Below, in pieces: positions 1 to 8,586 of a stretch of DNA of 29,030 nucleotides. The notes beneath the pieces are model-generated. The model saw nothing but the letters and a program-made list of their open reading frames with translations. It searched no databases and was not told the origin of the DNA. Within the stretch, counting starts at the first letter, position 1. Each line of letters opens with the position of its first letter. The position numbers were made by a program, and so were the translations under genes. The DNA lies in NCBI GenBank assembly GCA_005191425.1, contig SUPR01000039.1, positions 1 through 29,030 of the forward strand. Reading direction: 5' to 3'. The DNA is from Candidatus Helarchaeota ASGARD archaeon Hel_GB_B. Lineage in GTDB: Archaea > Asgardarchaeota > Lokiarchaeia > Helarchaeales > HEL-GB-B.

Positions 1-1
1 A

Positions 2-277
2 GAAAATTACTTAATATTATATAGGAGACGTTCAGTTATTGAGTCATTATTTGGAACTCTAAAAGAGTATTACAAAATAGCTGGAAATAGTAATTCTAAA
101 TTAATGCTAAAAAAAGGAGAAGATATTGGAGTATTTGCATTATTAATCTGTATAGGACTACAAATCCACTCAATAACTAAATATAGATTAATAAGACATA
201 ACATAGCACCGATAAAATCACTTTATGCCGTAAAGCTCTCTGAAATGCTCCTATATTATGAAAAAGAAAATGGTTAA
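2..277 (+). mobile_element. C-terminal part of an IS4-superfamily (IS4/IS5/IS701/ISH3/IS982-like) DDE transposase, truncated by the window edge
   Basis: Frame 2 is open from base 2 to TAA at 275-277 and reads ENYLILYRRRSVIESLFGTLKEYYKIAG..., which contains the Y(2)R(3)E(6)K signature around the catalytic Glu. Not in the ORF track. Exact family and element end not determined. Confidence 0.8.
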
Positions 278-340
278 AAATAATAAATTCACATTAAAAG
301 ATATAAAAAAAGCATAAAATTAAGTTTCAGTAAACGATAT

Positions 341-387
341 GTCAGAAAGTAGAATAAAAGAAAAGAGGGAAAAAGAGGGGTAGTAGT
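341..387 (-). terminator. Probable archaeal oligo-U/polypyrimidine terminator of the MFS gene
   Basis: The minus strand directly after the stop at 388 reads ACTACTACCCCTCTTTTTCCCTCTTTTCTTTTATTCT, with several T4-T5 runs. Confidence 0.4.
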
Positions 388-1620
388 TTATTTAAATTTT
401 TTTATAGCAAAAATACACATACAGATTGCGAGGAAAATGGAGGAGAATGTGAAGGCAAAAGAGTAGTTAAAGAATTGGTAGAAGTAGCCGAATAGAATAG
501 ATTCGGGCAAAGTTACGAGTCCGATAGTTAAATAATAGAGGCCATATGCTTTATCTTTTCGGTTATTTCCGACGATATCAGAGACCATAGCGCGGGATAC
601 TGGGTCAACTAATCCGTGGTACATTCCAAACAGGACAAAGATGCTAGTTATGAGTGGGGCGAGGTAGAGTCCTGGGGGGTAATTGAAGATAAGAATGACA
701 GAGCAAATTAGGAGGATACCGAGTCCTGAGAGTATAACATTTTTTCTGCCGATTTTATCGGAAATTTTGCCGCCGATGATGGAGAAGAGGACATATACAA
801 TATTTGAGAGTGCTACGATAAGGGGGATAAATTGGAATGAGATAAAGTCTCTTGCTCTTAAGATAAAAAAAGCCAAATCGATGGAAGCGAATTCAGCGAA
901 TGCCATAATGACTACAAGGCTTACGAATTTTTTATTCATGGTGATTGAGTTTGGTCTGTGTTCCAATTTTTCGCGTTCACGTTTAATATCTTTTGCGAGG
1001 ATTACAAAAACAATAGCGATGATGCCTGGTATTAAAGAGAGACCGATAATGAATTGGTAAATAAGAGTGATATTAGTGGAATTAGTAAAGACATAGATTA
1101 GGAGTAGTGAGGCGGTTAGAGGGCCAAGAATAGCGCCGGTAGTGTCCATGGCTCTATGAATGCCGAAGGCAGCTCCAGTTTTATGGCTAAGGGTGCTGCT
1201 TTCGGCGATAATTGCGTCTCTAGGTGATGTCCGGAGTCCTTTACCGATTCGGTCGGTAAATTTCAGGACCAAGATAGATTCCCAATTTGGAAATAAAGCG
1301 ATTAGTGGTTTAGAGATATTTGACAGGGCATAGCCGCCGATGACCAAGGATTTTCGGTTTTTGATTTTGTCGCTAATCCAGCCGCTAACACCTTTTAGGA
1401 TATTACCGACGGCTTCAGAGACTCCTGAGATTGCGCCAATAATAGTTTCTCCGGCGCCAATAGACAGGAGGAAAAGTGGTAGAACGGAGTTTACCATATC
1501 GGAGCTATAGTCAGTGAAAAGGCTAACAAGTCCGAAGAGTAAGATATTAACAGTGACTCCGAAAATTATTTTTTCTTGGAAGGGTATTTTATTTTTCTTT
1601 TTATTTATATCGTCAGTCAA
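388..1620 (-). CDS. MFS transporter (about 12 TM)
   Basis: 410 aa hydrophobic protein with MFS motif-A-like loops GWISDKIKNRK and GKISDKIGRK, plus the DRIGKGLRTSPRDA and GIHRAMDTTGA segments. TTG start. Confidence 0.9.
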   Translation of the reverse strand: MTDDINKKKNKIPFQEKIIFGVTVNILLFGLVSLFTDYSSDMVNSVLPLFLLSIGAGETIIGAISGVSEAVGNILKGVSGWISDKIKNRKSLVIGGYALSNISKPLIALFPNWESILVLKFTDRIGKGLRTSPRDAIIAESSTLSHKTGAAFGIHRAMDTTGAILGPLTASLLLIYVFTNSTNITLIYQFIIGLSLIPGIIAIVFVILAKDIKREREKLEHRPNSITMNKKFVSLVVIMAFAEFASIDLAFFILRARDFISFQFIPLIVALSNIVYVLFSIIGGKISDKIGRKNVILSGLGILLICSVILIFNYPPGLYLAPLITSIFVLFGMYHGLVDPVSRAMVSDIVGNNRKDKAYGLYYLTIGLVTLPESILFGYFYQFFNYSFAFTFSSIFLAICMCIFAIKKFK

Positions 1621-1845
1621 TTTAAAGTCTCATTATATTTAGGTAGTGATAATAAAGGGAGTTAAATTTGAAATATGAGGTAGATTAAATAAAATTTATA
1701 GTAAAAGAGTTGAGAAATGTATTTTAAAATTTTAGGGTTTTGAATTGGAATAATATATTTAAAAAGAATTTGGAAGTAAATATTTAAAAGGGTTAAGAAT
1801 GTGTTTTAAATTAAATTTTAAAATAATTAAATAAAAGTGCAGATA

Positions 1846-3105
1846 ATGAATGAGATCAATTTTTTGCAACCAATAATGCTTTCGATAGGAGAGTTAAGAG
1901 GGATAGTGGAGAAGGAGTTTAAAATAGTGAAGAGTTATTATGCAATGGGTACGAACATTCCGACATTTATAGTGGAGCGGATAGGAGATGCAAAAAAGTT
2001 AAATGGTGCATTTAACAGAGTTCAGGAGGAGGTTTCTAGTAAGGAGACATTTGCGTTATTGAGGGAGGTTGTGAAGACAGAGAGACTCAAATTAGATACA
2101 AGTAAATATTTATCATTAAAGTTCATACCTGCCAGAAAGGAAGGTAAAAGTAGGACGTGGTTAAATGTAGTCCTTTTGATAGCGACTATAGGAACAGTAT
2201 TTATAGCAGCGACATTTAATCTTTGGAGTGACCCGTTATATTTTCCGAATTTTATAAATACGATGCCCGGGTTATTTTTTTTAATTAGTTATACATTAGC
2301 GATCTTGGGTATAATAGGAATTCATGAGTTAGGGCATTTATTTGCAGCAAGGAGGCATAGGATAAAGTCGACGTTGCCATTTTTCATTCCATTTATTCCG
2401 CCCATAGGGACAATGGGTGCGGTAATAATCCAAAAGACTCCGCCAAAAAATAGAGATGAGTTATTTGATTTAGGGCTTTCAGGTCCATTAGCTGGTTTTA
2501 TTATATCATTGATAGTTGCAATAATTGGATTTTTAATTTCAGGAATTTTTCTAAAGATGGACTATATGAGTGCCTTAATGACGATTTATTCTCGGCTACC
2601 GATATGGTTAGCAGGTCCGCCAATCCATGATTGGGTAAATGTATCGTCAAATTCGCCCGACCCATTAATATTTTACTTATTGTCATGGGCATTAACGAAG
2701 AGTCCGGTAAGTGTATCTCCGACGGCGTTAAATTTGATTGCATTTAATAATTCATCAATGTATGTTACGGTTTTGCACACGATAACATTTGCAGCGTGGA
2801 TTGGTTTTTTTGTGACGGGTTTAAATTTGATGCCAATTTCGCAGTTGGATGGTGGGCATGTTATTAGGGCATTGTTAGGGAATAAATATTACAAGTATGC
2901 ATCATATGTAGCGTTAGTGGTATTATTTTTAATTAACTTTATATTTGCGATATTGGTGTTGGCACTTTCGAGGTTTAATTTAACACATCCTGGGCCTTTA
3001 AATGATGTAACACCGCTTTCAAAATCGAGAAAAATAATTAGTATTGTATTCTTTGTCATCTTAGTAATGACAATTCCATTAGGGTCTTTATTATTTATGT
3101 ATTAA
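1846..3105 (+). CDS. Site-2 protease family (peptidase M50) intramembrane zinc metalloprotease with soluble N-terminal extension
   Basis: HELGH (HExxH) follows a TM helix, and NLMPISQLDGGH supplies the third Zn ligand. Also FDLGLSGPLAG. Start taken as ATG 1846; the in-frame GTG at 1837 is an alternative. Confidence 0.92.
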   Translation: MNEINFLQPIMLSIGELRGIVEKEFKIVKSYYAMGTNIPTFIVERIGDAKKLNGAFNRVQEEVSSKETFALLREVVKTERLKLDTSKYLSLKFIPARKEGKSRTWLNVVLLIATIGTVFIAATFNLWSDPLYFPNFINTMPGLFFLISYTLAILGIIGIHELGHLFAARRHRIKSTLPFFIPFIPPIGTMGAVIIQKTPPKNRDELFDLGLSGPLAGFIISLIVAIIGFLISGIFLKMDYMSALMTIYSRLPIWLAGPPIHDWVNVSSNSPDPLIFYLLSWALTKSPVSVSPTALNLIAFNNSSMYVTVLHTITFAAWIGFFVTGLNLMPISQLDGGHVIRALLGNKYYKYASYVALVVLFLINFIFAILVLALSRFNLTHPGPLNDVTPLSKSRKIISIVFFVILVMTIPLGSLLFMY

Positions 3106-3110
3106 ATTTA

Positions 3111-3180
3111 TGTAAAAGAATAAAAAAGAATAAAAAAGAATTAAAAAGAATAAAAAATGAAAATAAAACGAAAATAAAAT
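3111..3180. repeat. 10-bp tandem repeat (TAAAAAAGAA) x4-5 followed by degenerate copies, between convergent genes; probably the terminator of the minus-strand gene
   Basis: 3111-3160 reads TGTAAAAGAA TAAAAAAGAA TAAAAAAGAA TTAAAAAGAA TAAAAAATGA, giving repeated T5-T6 runs on the minus strand. Confidence 0.75.
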
Positions 3181-3182
3181 GT

Positions 3183-3851
3183 TTAAACATTCAGGACTGA
3201 TTCCATTAACATTTCTGCTTCTTTTTTAATTGATTGGAAGGTCCATTCATTAGCCATTATATCATCATCGTTAACATAAAATTCGATACGATATTTCAGA
3301 ATATATAAGGTATCGATTGTCCTATCAACGGTTTGGATTTTTTCTAAAATACTATCTCCTTTTTCTTTCCAATTAAGATAATCTTTATTGATGTTAGCTT
3401 TCATTACGTCATATTTATTAAGTAAATATGAGCCGCCAAAAATTTCAGGTATACTGGCAGCGCCGATCCATGTGGCAGCGGCATATCCGAAGGTAGTCAA
3501 AATAGCAGCGAATACTGGGATTAGAGCTGCGATTATAGATGAAATGATTGCGCCATAAAGGATTGCCTGTGCTTTAGCTGTAGTTTTAGGTGGAGCTTCA
3601 GTTTTTTTCCATTCTTCATATTGTTTTTCAAAATCCTTTTTATTTTCGCTCAAAATTTTTTCAGCTTTAGGGACAAAATCAGCGAACCTTTTTAAAAAGT
3701 TTTCCTTTTCCTTTTTAGATTCTTCTACTTGTTCAGCTGTATACGAAATACCTCTAAGAGCGTCCTTGTCCTTCATGGGTATTTTTTTAATTTCGGACGG
3801 GACGGTATTAAAATAAGAGATAATATTTTCTATCAATTTAGATTTCGCCAT
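3183..3851 (-). CDS. Hypothetical helical protein with a central hydrophobic hairpin (probable membrane protein)
   Basis: 222 aa with an ATG start. Charged helical N- and C-terminal parts flank the Ala/Gly-rich hydrophobic segment AILYGAIISSIIAALIPVFAAILTTFGYAAATWIGAASIPEIFGG. Confidence 0.8.
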   Translation of the reverse strand: MAKSKLIENIISYFNTVPSEIKKIPMKDKDALRGISYTAEQVEESKKEKENFLKRFADFVPKAEKILSENKKDFEKQYEEWKKTEAPPKTTAKAQAILYGAIISSIIAALIPVFAAILTTFGYAAATWIGAASIPEIFGGSYLLNKYDVMKANINKDYLNWKEKGDSILEKIQTVDRTIDTLYILKYRIEFYVNDDDIMANEWTFQSIKKEAEMLMESVLNV

Positions 3852-4359
3852 AATTTTTTCACTCCGATAAGGAATTTAACAAACAAATTTTTTGTAAATT
3901 TAATATTATTTAATTTTTCAATTATAAATTTTTATCTAAGAAATCCAAATATTAATCCAAATTGATTAAAAATTCGGTTAAAAAATATGAAAATAGAAGT
4001 ATTATAATGTTTGTTTTTGAATTCATGTAAAATAAAATGATAATTTTTACAGATTTAGATATTGAAATTTATTTTTTATTAAGATCAAATCTGTGAATTT
4101 TTAAATAGAGTAATTAATTTTATCAAGATAATAGTTGATAGCAAAATATATTCGGAGAAGTTTAGATTGTTTGATGATATTAAAAAAGTTTGGAATAAGG
4201 TAAAATAAAATAAATTTTATGGGGTAGGTTATAGGAGAAAAAAAAAGATTTAGAATGAATATCAAAAAAAATTTATGGGCAAGATATTTTGATGAATGAT
4301 TAAATTTGTTTACATACAGCAATAAAATAATAATATGAATGGAAAGTGTTGTTTTTAAA

Positions 4360-4803
4360 ATGAATAGCGACAAACGAATGAGAATTATAGAAAAAATATC
4401 TAAGTTGCCGAGAGAAATAGGTCCAGCAAGTGGTAAGTATTAGTATTTAACGTGTAAAAAGTTATTTGTATTAGAGCAAGCCAAATGTCCAAATATGACA
4501 AAAATGTGTGTAAATACGCCTATTGCGGTAGAAACGAGTCTTCCGGATTCAGTAGCGGGTTTAAAGCGGTTTGGGCTTTATTATCCCAAGATTGCACAAA
4601 AATTGATGAATATCAGTGTTATGGAAGCGATAAAAGGTGAGAAATCGAGTTATAAGTCCAATAATTTGGTCAATAATTCGTTAAGTATCAATAACGGATG
4701 GACTAGAAAGTTGAGAGAAATAGGGGAAAAAATTGTAGTTGAATATCTTAATTTTTTAGATGATTGAAAGATTAATTATAAAAAAATAGGCTCTGAGTTA
4801 TAA
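4360..4803 (+). pseudogene. Interrupted Cys-cluster (putative Zn-binding) protein gene, apparent paralog of the next gene
   Basis: ATG 4360 is in frame with the track ORF 4495..4767 and reads MNSDKRMRIIEKISKLPREIGPASGKY*YLTCKKLFVLEQAKCPNMTKMC..., with TAG at 4441-4443. TGA at 4765-4767 is followed in frame by KINYKKIGSEL and TAA at 4801-4803. Confidence 0.6.
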
Positions 4804-4877
4804 AAAGTCTGATATTAATATTGAGTGGATGTGAAGCAGCCCACAAGAACACTGAGGATGGTTTTATATTTCTGATA

Positions 4878-5339
4878 ATGGACATTGAAAAAGTTTGGAA
4901 GAAAGAGATTTTTATTGAGGTCATAAAATCAGCAGTAGTGGTATTATCAGAGAAATTAGCGATTAAGGAGAAAATAAATAAAGAAGTTAAAGTTGATACG
5001 ATTGATTTATTTATGCATTTAGAGGTCGGAAAATACTTTTGCTCGATGTGCTCAATGTTTTTCGAGTATGGTACTAAAAAAGAGAGGGTAACTTGTCCAT
5101 TAATGCCTCGAAAATGCATGTTCATGTCAATAGATATAAATCAAATGAATTATTCGATTGAGATGCTTGATAAATTGTATAAGATAACGCCAGATATATA
5201 TATGAGGTTATTTTTGTTTCCGAAATTAAGTGAGCCAAAAAAAGCATTATTAAAAATTTTAGAAGAGGATTGGGGATTTAAAATTGACTTACAAGATAGA
5301 TATTTAGAGAGTATAGGCAGGAGTATAGGAATAATTTAG
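4878..5339 (+). CDS. Hypothetical protein with CxxC...CPx5C putative Zn-binding cluster
   Basis: GKYFCSMCSMFFEYGTKKERVTCPLMPRKC. ATG 4878 is preferred over the track's TTG 4821. Ends in TAG. Confidence 0.75.
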   Translation: MDIEKVWKKEIFIEVIKSAVVVLSEKLAIKEKINKEVKVDTIDLFMHLEVGKYFCSMCSMFFEYGTKKERVTCPLMPRKCMFMSIDINQMNYSIEMLDKLYKITPDIYMRLFLFPKLSEPKKALLKILEEDWGFKIDLQDRYLESIGRSIGII

Positions 5340-5628
5340 CAAAATAAATACGAAAATCAGTGTTTTGTATTAATCGGTGAATATTTAAATAGATAAAATT
5401 AGTAGTGGAGATTATCAATTTAAGTAAAGGGGAAATGGTATTATAAAATGAGATCGGAATTTATAAAAATAATCTAATATAGAAGTTTATTTTGAAAATT
5501 AGAAATAAAATGTCCCAAGTCCATAAGTTCATGAGACCATGAGTCAATAGTTCAACAAGCCCAAAGGCTATAAGTTTAAATATTAAGAGGAAAGATTTGG
5601 TCTAAATAAGTATTAGTAGCAAAATATT

Positions 5629-7176
5629 TTATTTTTTATAAATATATTGGTTATTAATTGGATTTCTTAGTTCAAGATAATAATTTTTAGTTCTGTTGAA
5701 CAGGATTTCCAGAATATGTTTTTTTACATAGCTACTAAATGCCCATCTATGTCCACCAAATTCTATATCGTTAGGGTATTCACTTTTTACGAGTTGGAAG
5801 ATTTTTCTACCATCGGACAGTTGGTTTGAATTATCGATGCTTTCCCAGATTTTATCTCTTGCTCTGACGCTTACTTTTATAAGTTCGTCATCTTTAGCGC
5901 AGGCGCTTAGAATAATTTGGATATTTTTATTAGCTTTCATAATGACTCCAGCTACTACTCCAACTTCGTCATAAAAGATATGTCCTGAAAAATCAAGGAG
6001 AATAACTTGGTCTTTCCATGATTTATGTGGTATTTCTCCGCGGCTATAAAGGTCTAAGGCAGTGGCAACTTCTGAGTCCCCTTCTTTATGCAAAGACTCG
6101 ATTTGTTCCAATATAAATGGGTCTACTTCCTTGTTATTTAATAGTTCAATAGCCAAATCTGCATAACCACGTCTACAGCAATAATTAATTCTGTGTAAAA
6201 TTTCTCTTGCGTCAAGGGTATATCTACCGTCTTCTAAATAGGTGCAATCAAAGCCATAAAGTCCAATCATGTCGTATACCCATCCGATTATTTCCTCTTT
6301 AATTAGTTTGGACGGGTTTTTAACTTTAACTTCCATTAAGCGGTTTAATATTATTTCCATTAATTTTGATTTTTCGGAAATATCAAGGTCTATAATTCTT
6401 TTCCATTTATTTTCGGACAATTTAGCTTCAATTTCGCTATTAATAAGGATATTAGCAATTTCTTGGTCTTCGAACCCGGGGATATTTGCATAATGAATTG
6501 CAAGGTAAATTGGATAAAGCGATCTACCAAATATTGCGATATCTTTCTTAATTTCGACTGCTTTATTTTTAGTTGCAAATTCCAGTACAAATTTATTAAC
6601 GCAATGTGCTTCTTTATTGGGCTGAAGTTGGAAGTCGCTTATTGCTCCTGATATTGCATAACAAAGAATGATTTTTCCAACTTGAGTAAGCCAGAATTCA
6701 GGTTTAAATAGTGGGTATATAACAAAAAAGACAGTAGTAGAACCACTGGCGTCATTTTCGTCATTAATATCAAAAGGTATAGGATTTAGTTGATTTTCGT
6801 GATATTTATTGTCTTTACTGGGGTGATGATCAGTTATGATATAATCATCAACTTCAGTATTCAAGATATCTTCAAAATCTGCTCCTATATCAGAAGTAAA
6901 GACGTAGTTTGGTCTTAATTTTTTGATATAATTTAGAAGTTCATCAAGGTCTGGAGATAACATAATTTTTATATCGAAGTTAGAGAAACCTAGTGATTTT
7001 AATGCCTGATAAATTATGCTTACAGCTGATATACCATCGCCATCTCGATGTGAGATGACCAGTACTTTTGAAGACCTATTCCAATTATATAGTTTCTCTG
7101 CCAACCGCTCTGCTTTCTCTGCGAATTGCTCCGGTATACCATATGATGCAAGGATTTCTCGGTTAAATTTATTCAT
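5629..7176 (-). CDS. Archaeal RecJ/Cdc45-like DHH-DHHA1 phosphoesterase (ssDNA exonuclease family; GAN/HAN-like)
   Basis: DHH motifs SHRDGDG, SDIG, TDHHP, NDASGS and GAISD, C-terminal DHHA1 FGGH, and an archaeal RecJ-type internal insertion ending in DAREILHRINYCCRRG. Confidence 0.85.
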   Translation of the reverse strand: MNKFNREILASYGIPEQFAEKAERLAEKLYNWNRSSKVLVISHRDGDGISAVSIIYQALKSLGFSNFDIKIMLSPDLDELLNYIKKLRPNYVFTSDIGADFEDILNTEVDDYIITDHHPSKDNKYHENQLNPIPFDINDENDASGSTTVFFVIYPLFKPEFWLTQVGKIILCYAISGAISDFQLQPNKEAHCVNKFVLEFATKNKAVEIKKDIAIFGRSLYPIYLAIHYANIPGFEDQEIANILINSEIEAKLSENKWKRIIDLDISEKSKLMEIILNRLMEVKVKNPSKLIKEEIIGWVYDMIGLYGFDCTYLEDGRYTLDAREILHRINYCCRRGYADLAIELLNNKEVDPFILEQIESLHKEGDSEVATALDLYSRGEIPHKSWKDQVILLDFSGHIFYDEVGVVAGVIMKANKNIQIILSACAKDDELIKVSVRARDKIWESIDNSNQLSDGRKIFQLVKSEYPNDIEFGGHRWAFSSYVKKHILEILFNRTKNYYLELRNPINNQYIYKK

Positions 7177-7500
7177 AGATTAATTTCCTCGAATATTTTA
7201 ATTAAATTCCAAAATTTGTCATAATTAGATTATCAAATTTTATTTATTAATTTATACATTCTTTAGATTATCAAAATTAGGAGATATCGATAAAATTACG
7301 TATCAAAATCATAAATAATTAAGCATATTTAAGATTTAAATTTTTTTAAATTAGCGGATAATATAGATAAAATCAAAATAATAATCAAATAATTTCAAAA
7401 AGAGTTAATACCATATGATTTTTAAAGTAAAGATTTGAATTATATCAAAATACATTTTTAATGAAAGCTAATGTATTTTAAGAAATAGGTGTAACCATTT

Positions 7501-8538
7501 TTGAGACATAATAAACTTAAAATTGCAGCAATATTTTTTATATTTTCGGTATTTTTCACGTCGCTTTTACAAGTGAACGGATTTACTAATGTGAAATATA
7601 ATGTAAACATAGGATCATGGGTCAATTATTCAACAAACGAATATTTTAGGAGTAAAATTATAATCAATTCATCTACTCCCATTTCCCATAATGGTTCTGC
7701 AAGTTATTATACAAAAGTGACTATAACTGGAATGAACAGTTCTTTTATAGTTCCTGGGGTATATAACAAGTCATTTGGAGTGATAAATGGAACAATTGCA
7801 AGTATTTCAATGGGACAGATATTTCAGACAATTAATCAGATAAATGTAGGTCCATTTCTTGGGTTCTTTTATCCAATAACGAATATAACATTAATTAATA
7901 GTACAATGAATGATTTTAACGGTAAAACATATCATATGAGCATATTTAAAAATAATTTAAGCAAGCTCCCTTCAGAAATTCGGTATTTCTTAAATCCATC
8001 CAGTAATAGGAAAATAATTAATTTAAGTTCTGATTTAAGGTATCAATTTTATAATATTTCTTATGATATTATTACTTTACAACCTTTATGGTATTTAAAT
8101 GCAGTTAGCTTTCATGAATTAGTATTAAATTTTACTTTAGGTTTGAATATTTCCTCCTATATGAATATTTCATATAATGGGCTTACTTGGTTGCCTACGG
8201 AAGTAAAATCTACAATTGAATTAAACTTTTTAGTTTTCATAGATACAATTTCAGGAGTGGTCTTAAAAATGCAAGAGCAGGGAAATATAGATTACTTTGA
8301 ATCTCATTCTGAAAATGTCCAGCCTTATTTTGGGCAGCCATACAATTTGACCCTATTTTTAAGAAAATCCTATATATTTTTCAGTTCAAATGTAATAAAC
8401 TTCGGTTTTTCATTTTGGTTCTGGTTAATAATAATTTTAGTGATAAGTGGCGTTTTATTTGTCCTTTTATACTTAGTTTTTACGCGTCCAAAGAAAAGAA
8501 AAAAGAAACCAAGTTATTTTGGAAATATATTAGAATAA
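7501..8538 (+). CDS. Type I membrane-anchored cell-surface glycoprotein
   Basis: Signal-peptide-like N-terminus, Asn/Ser/Thr-rich beta-like ectodomain with 15 N-x-S/T sequons, C-terminal TM helix followed by RPKKRKKK. AGGTG precedes the TTG start. Confidence 0.8.
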   Translation: MRHNKLKIAAIFFIFSVFFTSLLQVNGFTNVKYNVNIGSWVNYSTNEYFRSKIIINSSTPISHNGSASYYTKVTITGMNSSFIVPGVYNKSFGVINGTIASISMGQIFQTINQINVGPFLGFFYPITNITLINSTMNDFNGKTYHMSIFKNNLSKLPSEIRYFLNPSSNRKIINLSSDLRYQFYNISYDIITLQPLWYLNAVSFHELVLNFTLGLNISSYMNISYNGLTWLPTEVKSTIELNFLVFIDTISGVVLKMQEQGNIDYFESHSENVQPYFGQPYNLTLFLRKSYIFFSSNVINFGFSFWFWLIIILVISGVLFVLLYLVFTRPKKRKKKPSYFGNILE

Positions 8539-8586
8539 ATAAATATTTTATCATTAAATAAAAAAAGATATACAATGAAAAATTTT

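Noticed and set aside
683-1060. Track ORF on + strand
   Set aside because: Antisense shadow of the MFS gene with no motif.
2501-2743. Track ORF on - strand
   Set aside because: Antisense to the M50 protease.
3852-4359. Long AT-rich divergent gap as a possible replication origin
   Set aside because: No ORB-like GTTCCAGTGGAAAC or G-string motif, and no orc1/cdc6 in the window.
3729-4373. Track ORFs 3729..3965 (+) and 4101..4373 (-)
   Set aside because: Low-complexity Phe/Ile/Asn/Leu translations of AT-rich DNA. One overlaps a real gene and the other overlaps the 4360 start.
4772-5125. Track ORF on - strand
   Set aside because: Antisense to the Cys-cluster gene.
4765-5575. Selenocysteine at TGA 4765 with a downstream SECIS
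   Set aside because: The context FLDD*K is not a redox or Cys-homologous position, and the 5521-5569 hairpins lack an AUGA...GA kink-turn with a proper stem.
6269-6651. Three short track ORFs inside the DHH gene
   Set aside because: Alternative-frame or antisense overlaps with a well-supported gene.
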